Shown piece by piece: positions 19,400-31,055 of a stretch of 64,000 nt of DNA. The notes under the pieces were generated by a model, which ran no database searches, was not told where the DNA came from, and saw nothing but the letters and a program-made list of their open reading frames with translations. Source of the stretch: Gammaproteobacteria bacterium. GTDB lineage: Bacteria; Pseudomonadota; Gammaproteobacteria; Eutrophobiales; Eutrophobiaceae. Made by a program: the position numbers and the translations under genes. Numbering within the stretch: the stretch's first letter is position 1; each line of letters begins with the position of its first letter. The DNA lies in NCBI GenBank assembly GCA_965116585.1, contig OZ220714.1, positions 2,396,115 through 2,460,114 of the forward strand. Direction: 5' to 3'.

Positions 19400-20785
19400 A
19401 TGAGGCGGGTCAGGCACGTTCACTTTGTCGGTATCGGCGGCGCCGGCATGAGCGGTATCGCCGAGGTGCTGCATAACCAGGGTTACACGGTGACGGGGAC
19501 GGACCTGCGCCGCGGCGGCAGTACGGACAGACTGGAAAAGCTGGGGGTCAGCATCAATTTTGCCCACCAGGCGCAATGTGTGAACGGCAGTGACGTGGTG
19601 GTGTATTCCAGCGCGGTGCCCGCAGATAACCCGGAACTGGTGGCCGCGCGCCGGCAACGTATTCCGATCATCCCACGTGCGGAAATGCTCTCGGAACTGA
19701 TGCGTTTCCGGGAAGGCGTTGCAGTGGCCGGCACGCACGGCAAGACCACCACTACCAGCCTCATCGCCAGCCTGCTGGCGGAGGGCATGTTCGACCCGAC
19801 CTATATCGTTGGCGGGCGCCTGAACATGAGCGGTTCGCATGCCCGCCTGGGCAAGGGGAAATACATTGTGGCCGAGGCGGATGAGAGTGACGCCTCGTTC
19901 CTGCACTTGTCACCGGTGTATGCCGTGCTGACCAATATCGACGCGGATCACCTGGAATACTGCGGCGGCAGTTACCAGGCCCTGCAAAACAATTTTATTG
20001 ACTTTCTGCATTGCCTGCCGTTCTACGGCCTGGTTGTGATTTGCGGCGATGACACCGGCATTCGGGAGATCGTGGCGCGTATCAACCGGCCCTATGTGAC
20101 TTACGGGATCGATTCCAGCGCCGATTACCGGGCTGAAGCAATCGAATACGATGGGGCCGTTACCCGTTTCAACGTCGTGCAACGCGCTGCTGATAATACG
20201 TTTCCAGTGACGCTGAACCTGCCGGGGCGCCACAATGTCCTCAATGCGCTGGCGGCAGTGGCGTTGGCAGCCGAACTTGGCATGTCGCAACAGGCCATCA
20301 GCGCCGGGCTGGAAAACTTCCAGGGCATCGCCCGCAGGAGCTCGATCCTGGGCGATATTGCTATCAACGGCAAGACTGTATTGCTGGTCGATGACTATGC
20401 CCACCACCCCAGTGAGATAAAGGTGATAGTCAGCGCCCTGGGCGCAGGCTGGCCCGGACGCAAGGTCGTGGTGGTATTCCAGCCGCACCGTTATACCCGC
20501 ACCCGCGACCTGTTTGATGAGTTCTGCCAAGTCCTCTCGACGCTCGATACCTTGATCCTGCTTGACGTCTATCCGGCCGGCGAGCAGCCGATACAGGGCG
20601 CTGACAGCCGTTCCCTGAGTCGGGCATTGCGGGTGCGCAGCAAGCTGGAGCCTATTCTCGTCAGTGAGGAACCGGAATTGTTGGGCGTGCTGCAGAACGT
20701 AACCGACAGCAACGACATCCTGCTGCTGCTGGGCGCCGGCGATATCGGCAACCTGGGCGGCCGCTTGCTGGAGTTATACGGGTAG
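19400..20785 (+). CDS. murC: UDP-N-acetylmuramate--L-alanine ligase
   Basis: MRRVRHVHFVGIGGAGMSGIAEVL and GTHGKTTTT. ATG at 19400 chosen. Confidence 0.88.
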   Translation: MRRVRHVHFVGIGGAGMSGIAEVLHNQGYTVTGTDLRRGGSTDRLEKLGVSINFAHQAQCVNGSDVVVYSSAVPADNPELVAARRQRIPIIPRAEMLSELMRFREGVAVAGTHGKTTTTSLIASLLAEGMFDPTYIVGGRLNMSGSHARLGKGKYIVAEADESDASFLHLSPVYAVLTNIDADHLEYCGGSYQALQNNFIDFLHCLPFYGLVVICGDDTGIREIVARINRPYVTYGIDSSADYRAEAIEYDGAVTRFNVVQRAADNTFPVTLNLPGRHNVLNALAAVALAAELGMSQQAISAGLENFQGIARRSSILGDIAINGKTVLLVDDYAHHPSEIKVIVSALGAGWPGRKVVVVFQPHRYTRTRDLFDEFCQVLSTLDTLILLDVYPAGEQPIQGADSRSLSRALRVRSKLEPILVSEEPELLGVLQNVTDSNDILLLLGAGDIGNLGGRLLELYG

Positions 20786-20792
20786 GGGCGGC

Positions 20793-21671
20793 ATGATCAA
20801 ATTTCACGAACCCATGTCCCGCCACACTTCCTGGAAGGTCGGCGGGCTGGCTGACAGGTTTTTTGTCCCGGCCGATGAAGACGACCTGGCCGGTTTCCTT
20901 GCCGCGTTGCCTGCTACCGAACCGGTTACCTGGATTGGCCTGGGCAGCAATGTGCTGGTGCGGGACGGCGGCATCAGGGGCACTGTTATTTCGACGGCGG
21001 GCATGAAAGACCGGTTGGAATTGTTGCCGGGCAACACGGTCGGCGCGAGTTGCGGCACCGCTTGTGCGAAAGTGGCGCGCTTCAGCGCCAGGTCCGGTCT
21101 GGCCGGCGCGGAATTCATGGCGGGCATACCGGGTTCGGTAGGCGGCGCGCTGGCGATGAATGCGGGCGCGTTCGGCGCCGAGACCTGGAACATCGTTGAG
21201 CGGGTGGAACTGGTGAACCGGGCCGGTTCGAGGACGGAAAAAGCAGGCGCCCGGTTTGCCACCGGGTATCGCCGGGTTGACGTGGCCGCGAACGAATGGT
21301 TCCTGGGCGCGCGCCTACGGCTCAAGCCGGACCCTAACGGGAGGGCGCAAATACGGATCAGTGAATTGCTGGCCAGGCGTGCTGCGACCCAGCCAACCGG
21401 CCGCTTCAGTTGCGGTTCCGTGTTCAAGAACCCCGAGGGGGATTTCGCCGGCCGCCTGGTGGATCAATGCGGGCTGAAGGGCTTTGCCATCGGTCCCGCG
21501 GTGGTCTCGGACAAACATGCAAACTTCATTATCAACACCGGCAAGGCCAGCGCCGCGGATATCGAGGCGCTGATCCTGCACGTACAGACAACCGTTGCGC
21601 AGATGACCGGCATCCGCCTGGACCCCGAGGTGAGAATCATCGGCGAGACCGGTGGCAATAAGCAGCAGTGA
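20793..21671 (+). CDS. murB: UDP-N-acetylenolpyruvoylglucosamine reductase
   Basis: FAD-binding PCMH domain, 292 aa. Confidence 0.85.
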   Translation: MIKFHEPMSRHTSWKVGGLADRFFVPADEDDLAGFLAALPATEPVTWIGLGSNVLVRDGGIRGTVISTAGMKDRLELLPGNTVGASCGTACAKVARFSARSGLAGAEFMAGIPGSVGGALAMNAGAFGAETWNIVERVELVNRAGSRTEKAGARFATGYRRVDVAANEWFLGARLRLKPDPNGRAQIRISELLARRAATQPTGRFSCGSVFKNPEGDFAGRLVDQCGLKGFAIGPAVVSDKHANFIINTGKASAADIEALILHVQTTVAQMTGIRLDPEVRIIGETGGNKQQ

Positions 21672-22615
21672 AACGAGCACAACAACATGACTACGGCAAA
21701 GTCGCAGTACTTATGGGCGGCAACTCGGCCGAACGCGAGATATCCTTGCAGACCGGCGCGGCGGTCCTGGCAGCCCTGCAACGGCAGGGGGTGGACGCGT
21801 GGGCGCTGGACGCGGGTGCAACAGTGGTGAACGACCTCGCGCAGGGCGGTTTCCGGCGCGTGTTCAACGCGCTGCACGGGCGTGGTGGTGAAGACGGTGT
21901 CATACAGGGTGCGCTGGAGGCCATGCACCTGCCCTATACGGGCAGTAACGTGCTTGGCTCGGCCCTGTCCATGGACAAGCTGCGCTGCAAGTGGATCTGG
22001 CAAGGCCTGCAATTGCCGACCCCGGAGTTCCGGCTTATCCGTGCCGAACAGGACTTGCACGACGCGGCGCGGGCGCTGGGGTTGCCGCTGATGATGAAAC
22101 CGGTGCGCGAAGGCTCCAGCCTGGGCGCGGCCAAAGTGGTGGTCGCAGAAGACTTGCGCACAGCCTGGGAGACTGCCGTGCGCTACGACGACGAGGTGAT
22201 CTGTGAGCGCTGGATGCCGGGCGGCGATTACACCGTGGGCATCCTCAACGGGCAGGCGCTGCCCGCGATCAAGATTGAAACGCAACGGGATTTTTATGAC
22301 TACCAGGCCAAGTACGTGGACGATGATACCCGCTACCTGTGTCCTTGCGGGCTGCCGCAGGCGTTGGAAGCAGAGCTGGCTGACCTCGCAGTGCGGGCAT
22401 TCTCGGCAATCGGCGCAAGCGGTTGGGGCAGGGTTGACTTGTTGCTGGACGAGCACGACAGGCCCAGCCTGATCGACATCAACACGGTGCCGGGCATGAC
22501 CACTCACAGCCTGGTGCCGATGGCTGCGCGGCAAGCGGGAACGGATTTTGACAACCTGGTGCTGCAGGTGCTTGATACCAGCATGACACCGCTGCCGGTA
22601 GGTGGCCGGAGGTGA
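21668..22615 (+). CDS. ddl: D-alanine--D-alanine ligase
   Basis: ATP-grasp fold. GTG start at 21668 overlaps the murB stop. Confidence 0.85.
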   Translation: MKRAQQHDYGKVAVLMGGNSAEREISLQTGAAVLAALQRQGVDAWALDAGATVVNDLAQGGFRRVFNALHGRGGEDGVIQGALEAMHLPYTGSNVLGSALSMDKLRCKWIWQGLQLPTPEFRLIRAEQDLHDAARALGLPLMMKPVREGSSLGAAKVVVAEDLRTAWETAVRYDDEVICERWMPGGDYTVGILNGQALPAIKIETQRDFYDYQAKYVDDDTRYLCPCGLPQALEAELADLAVRAFSAIGASGWGRVDLLLDEHDRPSLIDINTVPGMTTHSLVPMAARQAGTDFDNLVLQVLDTSMTPLPVGGRR

Positions 22616-23388
22616 GGATGAGACGCATATATCCCAGGATTAACAACAAGGCGCGCAAGCTGCGTATCTCAAGTGGCTTGGAGGTCAAGGCATGGCAGAA
22701 GTATCTCCTGGGACTTGTGATCCTGGTTGCGTGCGCTGTGCCGTTGCGGGAGCAATGGCCGAAAATTCTGCCGATAAAACGGGTGGAAATTGCCGGCGAG
22801 TTCATGCACCTGGCGCCGTCCGAACTGGAAACCAGGGCGACCGACGCCATCCGGGGCGGATTTGTCAGCGTCAGCGTTGCCGCCATCAAGCAGGAATTGG
22901 TACAGGAGGAGTGGATCAGCAACGTCGCGGTGCGGCGAGTGTGGCCGGACAGCCTGATGATATATATCACGGAGCACGAACCGGTCGCCTTGTGGGGTGA
23001 GGGTAGCCTGCTGAGCAGTGACGGGACCTTGTTTACGCCGCCGCAGGATTCCTTCCCTGCCGGGTTGCCGGCCCTGAGCGGCCCCCGCGGCAGTGAGCGT
23101 GCGGTCCTGCAACAATACCAGCTTCTGACAAAGGAACTGGCACAACAGAACCTGGTGCTCGATGCGCTCACACTGACAGAGCGCAGGGCCTGGCAATTCA
23201 GCCTGATAAACGGACCTGTGGTGCTGCTGGGCCGCAAGAACCTGGCAGGAAGGTTTCAACGGTTTTTTGATTTTGCCATCCCGTACCAGGCTGACAGGTT
23301 GTCGCAGGCGACCTCCATTGACATGAGATATACGAATGGGTTCGCGGTGAAGTGGGCGCAGGAGTCCAACGGTAAATTTTCCGGGTAA
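22612..23388 (+). CDS. ftsQ: cell division protein FtsQ
   Basis: Single TM plus POTRA domain. GTG at 22612 or ATG at 22618. Confidence 0.8.
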   Translation: MRMRRIYPRINNKARKLRISSGLEVKAWQKYLLGLVILVACAVPLREQWPKILPIKRVEIAGEFMHLAPSELETRATDAIRGGFVSVSVAAIKQELVQEEWISNVAVRRVWPDSLMIYITEHEPVALWGEGSLLSSDGTLFTPPQDSFPAGLPALSGPRGSERAVLQQYQLLTKELAQQNLVLDALTLTERRAWQFSLINGPVVLLGRKNLAGRFQRFFDFAIPYQADRLSQATSIDMRYTNGFAVKWAQESNGKFSG

Positions 23389-23397
23389 GGGGGAAAT

Positions 23398-24618
23398 ATG
23401 GCTGAGCTAATAGTCGGACTTGATATCGGTACTTCCAAGGTTGTTGCAATTGTTGCGGAGGTGCACGAGCAGAATGAGATCGAGATCATCGGCCTGGGTT
23501 CGTGCCGCTCACGCGGTATGAAGAAAGGGGTGGTCGTCAATATCGAATCCACGGTGCAGAGCATCCGCAGCGCCATACAGGAAGCGGAACTGATGGCAGG
23601 GTGCAATATCCATGCTGTATTCACGGGGATATCCGGCAATCATATCCGTAGCCTGAACTCCCATGGCATCGTCGCGATCCGCGACAATGAAGTGACCGAG
23701 GGTGACATAGAAAGAGTGATTGATGCGGCGCGGGCCGTTGCCATCCCGGCGGACCAGAAGATCCTGCACATCGTTCCCCGGGATTTTGCCATCGACGGAC
23801 AGGAAGGCATCAAGGAGCCTGTCGGCATGTCGGGCGTGAGACTGGAAGCGAAAGTGCATATCGTTACCGGCGCCGTCAGCGCCGCCCAGAACATCATCAA
23901 ATGCGTGCGCCGTTGCGGTCTGGAAGCGGATGACATCGTGCTCGAACAACTGGCGTCAAGCTATTCGGTGCTGACGGAGGACGAAAAAGACCTGGGCGTG
24001 TGTCTGGTGGATATCGGCGGCGGCACGACAGACATGGCCGTATTTACCAATGGCGCCATCAGTCACACCGCGGTCATTCCCATCGCCGGGGACCACGTGA
24101 CCAACGATATCGCCGTGGCCTTGCGCACCCCCACGCAAAATGCCGAGGAGATCAAGGTGCGGCATGCCTGCGCGCTGGCGCAACTGGCCAATTCCGACGA
24201 CACCGTGGAGGTGCCCAGCGTCGGCAACCGGCCGCTGCGCAGGATGTCCAGGCAGACACTGGCAGAGGTGGTTGAGCCCCGTTACGTGGAACTGTTTTCC
24301 CTGGTTCAGGCGGAGCTGCGGCGTAGCGGTTATGAGCGCATGATTGTGGCCGGTGTGGTAATCACCGGCGGCAGTTCCAACATGCGGGGCGCGGTCGAAC
24401 TGGCTGAGGAAGTTTTTCACATGCCGGTACGGGTAGGCACCCCGCAATACGTCGGCGGACTGGCCGAACTGGTAAAAAATCCGATTTATGCAACCGGGGT
24501 AGGGCTGTTGCTGCACAGCCGGCGCCAGCAGCGCGACCGTACCTGGTCCGGGCGTATTGATGGCGGTGCATCCGGCATCTGGAAGCGAATGAAGAGTTGG
24601 TTTCAAGGCAATATTTAA
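23398..24618 (+). CDS. ftsA: cell division protein FtsA
   Basis: Actin-like ATPase, MAELIVGLDIGTSKV. Confidence 0.9.
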   Translation: MAELIVGLDIGTSKVVAIVAEVHEQNEIEIIGLGSCRSRGMKKGVVVNIESTVQSIRSAIQEAELMAGCNIHAVFTGISGNHIRSLNSHGIVAIRDNEVTEGDIERVIDAARAVAIPADQKILHIVPRDFAIDGQEGIKEPVGMSGVRLEAKVHIVTGAVSAAQNIIKCVRRCGLEADDIVLEQLASSYSVLTEDEKDLGVCLVDIGGGTTDMAVFTNGAISHTAVIPIAGDHVTNDIAVALRTPTQNAEEIKVRHACALAQLANSDDTVEVPSVGNRPLRRMSRQTLAEVVEPRYVELFSLVQAELRRSGYERMIVAGVVITGGSSNMRGAVELAEEVFHMPVRVGTPQYVGGLAELVKNPIYATGVGLLLHSRRQQRDRTWSGRIDGGASGIWKRMKSWFQGNI

Positions 24619-24652
24619 TATTTTTATATCTTAACTTGCGGAGGCGGACAAA

Positions 24653-25798
24653 ATGTTTGAACTGGTAGAGGCTGCCAACCAGGCAGCAGTAATTAAAGTG
24701 ATCGGCGTTGGCGGCGGTGGCGGCAATGCGGTGAACCACATGATCAAGGCTGATATTGAGGGGGTTGAATTTATCTGTGCCAATACGGATGCACAGGCGC
24801 TGAAGACTTCTTCGGCGCCCAACATCCTGCAATTGGGCAACAGCATTACCCACGGTCTGGGCGCCGGCGCCAACCCGGAGATCGGGCGCCAGTCGGCGTT
24901 GGACGACCGGGACCGGATAGAGGACGCCCTGGATGGCGCGGATATGGTATTCATTACCGCCGGCATGGGTGGCGGCACCGGCACCGGCGCGGCGCCGATA
25001 GTGGCCCAGGTGGCAAAGGAAATGAATATTCTCACGGTCGCGATAGTGACCAAGCCTTTTTCCTTTGAAGGCAGGAAACGGGCCGAAGTTGCCGGCAGCG
25101 GTATCCGTGAACTCAGCCAGCACGTTGATTCCCTGATCACCGTCCCGAACGACAGACTGGTGGACGTGCTGGGCGCAGACGTGCCGCTGCTGAATGCGTT
25201 TGAGTCTGCCGATGACGTGTTGCTCGGCGCGGTGCGCGGGATCGCCCAGGTCATCACCTGCCAGGGTTTGATCAACGTCGATTTTGCCGACGTGAAAACC
25301 GTGATGGGAGAGATGGGTATGGCGATGATGGGATCCGGCAAGGCCCAGGGCGAAGACCGCGCCCGGGTGGCGACGGAAGCTGCCATCAGCAGTCCGCTGC
25401 TTGAGCACATCGACCTGTCCGGCGCCAAAGGCATTCTGGCCAATATCACTGCCGGTATGGATTTCTGCATCGGTGAATTTAATGAGGTGGGCAACATCAT
25501 CAAGACAGTTGCTTCCGATGATGCGACCGTGGTCATAGGCACCGTAGTGAATCCGGAACTCAGCGATGAATTATGGGTTACCATTGTCGCTACCGGCCTC
25601 AGCCAGCCGGGCGAACAACTGGTCCGGCCGAAACTGGTTGCGGCAGCCGGCGGTGGTGGTGAGGAGATAATGGATTATGATAAACTCGAACGACCCACGG
25701 TTATTCGCAACACGGTCAGCGCTACCGAGGCTGCACCTGTCAAGGATGATCCCGACTACCTCGAGATTCCCGCGTTCCTGAGGCGACAGGTAGATTAG
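24653..25798 (+). CDS. ftsZ: cell division GTPase FtsZ
   Basis: GGGTGTG tubulin signature. Confidence 0.95.
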   Translation: MFELVEAANQAAVIKVIGVGGGGGNAVNHMIKADIEGVEFICANTDAQALKTSSAPNILQLGNSITHGLGAGANPEIGRQSALDDRDRIEDALDGADMVFITAGMGGGTGTGAAPIVAQVAKEMNILTVAIVTKPFSFEGRKRAEVAGSGIRELSQHVDSLITVPNDRLVDVLGADVPLLNAFESADDVLLGAVRGIAQVITCQGLINVDFADVKTVMGEMGMAMMGSGKAQGEDRARVATEAAISSPLLEHIDLSGAKGILANITAGMDFCIGEFNEVGNIIKTVASDDATVVIGTVVNPELSDELWVTIVATGLSQPGEQLVRPKLVAAAGGGGEEIMDYDKLERPTVIRNTVSATEAAPVKDDPDYLEIPAFLRRQVD

Positions 25799-25809
25799 AC
25801 AGTGATTTG

Positions 25810-26727
25810 GTGATCAAACAACGCACACTCAAGAACCCGATCCGCGCGCAAGGTGTTGGTTTGCATACCGGCAAAAAAGCCGACCTTACCCTACGCCCTG
25901 CCGCGGTCAATACGGGCATTGTTTTCCGTCGGGTCGACCAGGACCCGCCTACGGAAATTCCGGCGCGTATGGCCAATGTAGGCAACACCCAGTTGTCCAC
26001 TACCCTGGTCAGGAACGGCGCCAGTGTTTCCACGGTGGAGCACTTGTTATCCGCCTTTGCCGGCTTCAGTATCGATAATGCCTATATTGACGTGAGCGCT
26101 GAGGAGGTGCCGATCATGGATGGCAGCGCCGGCCCGTTTGTCTTCATGATCCAGTCTGCCGGGGTGCAGGAACAGGATGAAGAAAAGTGTTTTCTGCGCA
26201 TTACCAGGACGTTGCGGGTGGAAGATGGCGATAAATGGGCAATGCTTGAACCTTACGACGGGTTCAAGGTCGGCTTTACCATCCAGTTCGACCATCCTGT
26301 TTTCCAGGAACGCGATTGCCAGGCGGAGATCAATTTTTCCACCACCTCATTCATCAAGGAAGTCTGCCGGGCGCGTACCTTCGGTTTTATGAAGGATTTT
26401 GATTTCCTGCGGAAAAAGAACCTGATCCTGGGAGGCAGCCTGGACAATGCCATCGTGGTGGACAACGAACAGGTGGTGAATGAGGAAGGACTGCGTTACC
26501 AGGATGAGTGTGTCAGGCACAAGATTCTTGACGCGATAGGTGACTTGTACCTGCTCGGCCACAACCTGATCGGGTCTTACCAGGGATACAAATCCGGGCA
26601 CGACCTGAACAACCGACTGTTGCGCCAACTGGCCCGGTCACAGGATGCCTGGGAGATCGTCAATTTCAACGAAGACGTGGCCGCGTCGGTTTCCTACATC
26701 CGCCCGCTTACGGCTGAGAGGATGTGA
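25810..26727 (+). CDS. lpxC: UDP-3-O-acyl-GlcNAc deacetylase
   Basis: (M)[25 protein letters not shown] at 25810 preferred over TTG at 25807. Confidence 0.9.
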   Translation: MIKQRTLKNPIRAQGVGLHTGKKADLTLRPAAVNTGIVFRRVDQDPPTEIPARMANVGNTQLSTTLVRNGASVSTVEHLLSAFAGFSIDNAYIDVSAEEVPIMDGSAGPFVFMIQSAGVQEQDEEKCFLRITRTLRVEDGDKWAMLEPYDGFKVGFTIQFDHPVFQERDCQAEINFSTTSFIKEVCRARTFGFMKDFDFLRKKNLILGGSLDNAIVVDNEQVVNEEGLRYQDECVRHKILDAIGDLYLLGHNLIGSYQGYKSGHDLNNRLLRQLARSQDAWEIVNFNEDVAASVSYIRPLTAERM

Positions 26728-26733
26728 CCATGT

Positions 26734-26861
26734 GGGAATTAGGAATTACGAATTAGCTGAGACCTGTGTGGGAATCTGTAAGGGTTTCAGTTTTGGCAGA
26801 ATTGACAATATGGCAACCAGGCTTTCAACCTGCACCCATTCCTAATTCGCAATTCCTAATT
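26734..26861. mobile_element. MITE-like element B, heptamer-array TIRs
   Basis: gggaattaggaattacgaattag ... cccattcctaattcgcaattcctaatt. The right TIR contains the stop codon of the DUF721 gene (cta at 26841-26843). Confidence 0.65.
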
Positions 26862-27294
26862 GATCCGTCAATCGCAGCAGAACGGCGCGCAACGGAGGAT
26901 GTGTGATTGCAGTAGCCATCTGGCGTATGGCGTTTGCGGTTTCGGGAGAAACCCTGGTCGGCTCACGCACGGTGTGGTTGGATGGCGCCGGCGGGCGGTT
27001 CTTGATGTGGATTGTGCGTAGCTCGGGGAGTGTGGTTTTGAATGCTGTGAGAAGTTCGCGTGTACGGTAACGCAACCGGGTTGTCCAGGCCGCGCTATCG
27101 GCATGAAGAACCAGTGTCTGCTGCTGGTAATCGGCGACAACTACATGCTCTTTTAGAGGAAAATCAAGGTATTCAGATAATTTTGCTTGTAATCCGTTTA
27201 ATTTTTCTATATGGTCATAAATCCGTGATAATTCGTCTGACCTGGTTACGATGTCTGAAATCGAATTAATTGGAGGCTGAGTATGGATATTCAT
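26842..27294 (-). CDS. DUF721 (DciA-like) family protein
   Basis: 150 aa. Conserved position between lpxC and secA as in pseudomonads. Confidence 0.6.
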   Translation of the reverse strand: MNIHTQPPINSISDIVTRSDELSRIYDHIEKLNGLQAKLSEYLDFPLKEHVVVADYQQQTLVLHADSAAWTTRLRYRTRELLTAFKTTLPELRTIHIKNRPPAPSNHTVREPTRVSPETANAIRQMATAITHPPLRAVLLRLTDQLGIAN

Positions 27295-27323
27295 TGTCTG
27301 AACAAGCGGCAGGTCTGCATATT

Positions 27324-28208
27324 ATGCAAATTATAGTCTTCCCACGCAACAGGAAAAAGCCGTTGCACCTGGCGCTTGGCTGGGGCAGTTCCATCGCCGC
27401 ACTGGTGATGGCTGTCGTGCTGGTCGGTTATCTTGCAGATTTAAGAGGCGCCTACCTGCATAAACAGGCCATGGAGGGGCAGGTGCAAGCGCTTGAGGAC
27501 GTAAAGGGAGAGACCGCAACGGCGCTGGACGTCATGGCGGGCCGTGTGAGCCTGCTGCAAAGCCACGTGGTAAGACTGGATGCCCTGGGCGCGCGGCTGG
27601 CTGATATGGCGCAACTGGATGATTTTGACTTCGGGCTTGACAGCCCGCCCGGCCTGGGTGGACCGCATGGCCTGGTCGATGGCGAGTCGCAGGGCTTGTC
27701 GTCCTATGATTTTCTCACCTCCCTCAATCGGCTGGAATTTGTCTTGCAGGATCGCCAGGATAAATTGTCGGCTATGGAGGTCATGCTCATGGGCAGAAGT
27801 TTGCAGTCCCAGTCCCAGCCTTTGGGCAAACCCGTAAAAGGTGGCTGGCTGTCATCGTCATTCGGCTACCGAACCGACCCCATATCCGGGAAACGGGTAT
27901 TTCATCCGGGCATTGATGTAGCCGGCAGGTCCGGTATGCCAGTCACCTCAATCGCCTCGGGCATCGTCACCTGGTCGGGCGCGTACCAGGGATACGGTAA
28001 CCTGGTTGAAATCAGTCACGGCAATGGTTATATGACCCGCTATGCCCATAACAAGGAGAACCTGGTCAACGTCGGGGAGAAGGTTGAGAAAGGACAGGTG
28101 ATCGCGGTCATGGGCAGTACCGGACGCAGTACCGGCGCCCACGTGCATTTTGAGGTTGTCAAAAACGGCAGCAACGTTAATCCCTACAACTATATTTCTG
28201 CGCGTTAG
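27324..28208 (+). CDS. M23 family metallopeptidase (LytM domain) with N-terminal membrane anchor
   Basis: HxGIDxxA...HxH zinc-peptidase motifs (HPGIDVAG, HVHFEV). ATG at 27324 chosen. The ORF-track start at 27270 would overlap the divergent DUF721 start. Confidence 0.75.
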   Translation: MQIIVFPRNRKKPLHLALGWGSSIAALVMAVVLVGYLADLRGAYLHKQAMEGQVQALEDVKGETATALDVMAGRVSLLQSHVVRLDALGARLADMAQLDDFDFGLDSPPGLGGPHGLVDGESQGLSSYDFLTSLNRLEFVLQDRQDKLSAMEVMLMGRSLQSQSQPLGKPVKGGWLSSSFGYRTDPISGKRVFHPGIDVAGRSGMPVTSIASGIVTWSGAYQGYGNLVEISHGNGYMTRYAHNKENLVNVGEKVEKGQVIAVMGSTGRSTGAHVHFEVVKNGSNVNPYNYISAR

Positions 28209-28251
28209 TCGTCTGTCCCTTTATTTTTTTCCGCCATTCTGTTTTAATCAG

Positions 28252-28359
28252 CCCTCGCTTGTCTTTTTACCTGCTGCGGGCGCGTGCTCCCTCAACCATA
28301 AGAACCACTACGCTCCCGGTTGCAGGCACCCGCAGCAGGTAAAAATCCGACGCGAGCAT
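28252..28359. repeat. nested-palindrome repeat element, copy 2 (core GTGCTCCCTCAACC...GCAGGCACCC)
   Basis: gccctcgcttgtcttt-[stem cctgctgcgggcgc]-gtgctccctcaaccata...gcaggcaccc-[stem gcagcagg]-aaatccgacgcgagca. The stems differ from copy 1 but stay complementary. Confidence 0.75.
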
Positions 28360-28370
28360 TGCATTACCTG

Positions 28371-31055
28371 ATGAGAACTCTTTTCACGAAAATCTTCGGC
28401 AGCAGGAATGCGCGCGTCCTGAAAAAGATGCACAAGGCGGTCGAGCGCATCAACGCGCTTGAAGCGGACGTTGCCGCGCTGGCGGACGCTGAGTTTCCGC
28501 AACAAACCGCGCAGTTGAAGTCCCGGCTGGAACGCGGTGAAACCCTGGAGGAACTCTTGCCGGAGGCCTTTGCGCTGGTGCGCGAGGCAGGCAGGAGAAC
28601 CCTGAACATGCGCCATTTCGACGTGCAGCTTCTGGGCGGGATCGTCCTGCAGCGCGGCAACATAGCGGAAATGCGCACCGGCGAGGGCAAGACCCTGGTG
28701 GCGACCCTGCCGGCCTATCTCAATGCCCTGGGCGGCGCCGGCGTGCATATCATCACCGTGAACGATTACCTGGCACAACGTGACGCAGAGTGGATGGGCG
28801 CCATCTATACGTTCCTGGGAATGACTACCGGGGTGATTGTGTCCGGCCTGAACAATGAGGAACGCAAGCGCGCCTATGCCGCGGATATCACCTACGGCAC
28901 CAACAATGAATTCGGTTTCGACTACCTGCGCGACAACATGAAGTTCCGCGGGGATGAGCAGGTGCAACGCAGCCTGACGTACGCGATTGTGGATGAGGTG
29001 GATTCGATCCTGATCGATGAAGCGCGTACGCCGCTCATCATCTCCGGCATGGTGGATGACCGCTCCGACCTGTACCTGGCCATGAACAAGATAGTGCCGC
29101 GCCTGACGTTGCAGCAAGAGGAAGACGACGGCGGCGATTACGTACTGGACGAAAAGAGCAAACAGGCTTACCTGACGGAAGCAGGTCACGAACGGGTGGA
29201 AAAGCTGTTGCTGGAGCATAACATCATGCAGCCCGGCATGAGCCTGTACGATTCGGTGAATATCCCCATCCTGCATCACCTGAACGCGGCGCTGCGCGCC
29301 CAGTCCCTGTTCCACAATGACGTGGATTACATCGTCCAGAGTAATGAAGTGGTTATCGTCGATGAGTTCACCGGCAGGACGATGCCGGGGCGGCGCTGGT
29401 CCGACGGCCTGCACCAGGCCATCGAGGCCAAGGAAAACGTGACCATCCAGAATGAGAACCAGACCCTGGCGACCATCACCTACCAGAATTACTTCCGCCT
29501 CTATGAAAAGCTGGCCGGCATGACCGGCACTGCGGACACCGAGGCCTATGAGTTTCAGCAGATCTACGGCCTGGAAGTGGTGGTGGCGCCGACCCACCTG
29601 CCCATGATCAGGGATGACCAGGCGGACATGATCTACCTGAGCGCCCGCGAGAAATTCAACGCCATCATTGATGATATCAAGACCTGTAAGGAGAGCGGCC
29701 AGCCGGTGCTGGTGGGCACCGTATCCATTGAAGTATCGGAATACCTGTCCGGCCAGTTGAAAAAACAGAAGATCAAACACCAGGTACTGAATGCCAAGTA
29801 CCATGAAAAAGAAGCCGAGATCATTGCCCAGGCCGGAAGCCCGGGCGCGGTGACGATCGCGACGAACATGGCCGGACGCGGCACCGACATCGTGCTGGGC
29901 GGAAACCTGGACGCGGAGATCAAGGCCCTGGAAGACGTTGACGCCGACACGCTGGAGCAGGTCAGGGCAGCCTGGCAGACGCGCCATGATCAGGTGATCA
30001 GTGTCGGCGGGTTGCGTATCATCGGCACCGAGCGGCATGAATCCAGACGTATCGACAACCAGTTGCGGGGCCGGTCGGGACGCCAGGGCGACCCGGGCTC
30101 GAGCCGCTTCTACATTTCCCTGGAAGATGACCTGATGCGTATTTTCGCATCGGAACGGGTGTCATCCATCATGCAACGGCTGGGAATGGAAGAGGGGGAG
30201 GCCATCGAATCCAACCTGGTTACCAAGGCGATAGAAAACGCGCAACGGAAAGTGGAAGCCCACAACTTCGATATCCGCAAGCACCTGCTGGAATATGACG
30301 ACGTTGCCAACGATCAGCGCAAGGTGATTTATGAATGGCGTAACGAACTGCTGGGTGGCGATGATGTAGCCACGGATATCCACAGCATGCGGGAGGACGT
30401 CATCAAGGGTATTTTTGCAACCCATATTCCTCCCGACAGCCTGGATGAGATGTGGAATGTGAGCGGATTGACGGACGCCCTGGGTAATGAACTGAGCGTG
30501 CACCTGCCCGTGCAGGAGTGGCTGGAACAGGATGCCACCCTGGCTGAGGAGGCCTTGCTGAACAAGGTGCTGGAAAGCGTTACCGCTGAGGTGAAGAACA
30601 GGCATGCCGAACTGCCGGAGGAGCTGGTGCGCCGGGTGGAAAAGAGCCTGATGCTGGATACGCTGGACCGTCACTGGAAGGAACATCTGGTTGCCATGGA
30701 TCATTTGCGCCAGGGCATCGGACTGCGTGGCTATGCAGCCAGGAACCCCAAGCAGGAATACAAGAAGGAAGCATTCGCCATGTTCAGCGACATGCTGGAA
30801 AACATCAAATATGACGTCGTTACCCTGCTCGCAAAGATACAGATCAGGGAAGAGCAGGACGCGCAACTGTTGCCGCGCCGTTCCCAACCCGCGGCCATGC
30901 AGTACAATCACCCCGACGCGCCCAGCGCCATGGGCACACCGGAGGAGGCCCCGCAACAAAAGCCGTTTATCCGCAATCAAAGAAAGATCGGCCGCAACGA
31001 ACCCTGTCCCTGCGGGTCCGGGAAGAAATACAAACTCTGTCATGGCAAGCTGTAG
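28371..31055 (+). CDS. secA: preprotein translocase ATPase SecA
   Basis: [21 protein letters not shown]-terminus. C-terminal [15 protein letters not shown] zinc finger. Confidence 0.95.
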   Translation: MRTLFTKIFGSRNARVLKKMHKAVERINALEADVAALADAEFPQQTAQLKSRLERGETLEELLPEAFALVREAGRRTLNMRHFDVQLLGGIVLQRGNIAEMRTGEGKTLVATLPAYLNALGGAGVHIITVNDYLAQRDAEWMGAIYTFLGMTTGVIVSGLNNEERKRAYAADITYGTNNEFGFDYLRDNMKFRGDEQVQRSLTYAIVDEVDSILIDEARTPLIISGMVDDRSDLYLAMNKIVPRLTLQQEEDDGGDYVLDEKSKQAYLTEAGHERVEKLLLEHNIMQPGMSLYDSVNIPILHHLNAALRAQSLFHNDVDYIVQSNEVVIVDEFTGRTMPGRRWSDGLHQAIEAKENVTIQNENQTLATITYQNYFRLYEKLAGMTGTADTEAYEFQQIYGLEVVVAPTHLPMIRDDQADMIYLSAREKFNAIIDDIKTCKESGQPVLVGTVSIEVSEYLSGQLKKQKIKHQVLNAKYHEKEAEIIAQAGSPGAVTIATNMAGRGTDIVLGGNLDAEIKALEDVDADTLEQVRAAWQTRHDQVISVGGLRIIGTERHESRRIDNQLRGRSGRQGDPGSSRFYISLEDDLMRIFASERVSSIMQRLGMEEGEAIESNLVTKAIENAQRKVEAHNFDIRKHLLEYDDVANDQRKVIYEWRNELLGGDDVATDIHSMREDVIKGIFATHIPPDSLDEMWNVSGLTDALGNELSVHLPVQEWLEQDATLAEEALLNKVLESVTAEVKNRHAELPEELVRRVEKSLMLDTLDRHWKEHLVAMDHLRQGIGLRGYAARNPKQEYKKEAFAMFSDMLENIKYDVVTLLAKIQIREEQDAQLLPRRSQPAAMQYNHPDAPSAMGTPEEAPQQKPFIRNQRKIGRNEPCPCGSGKKYKLCHGKL

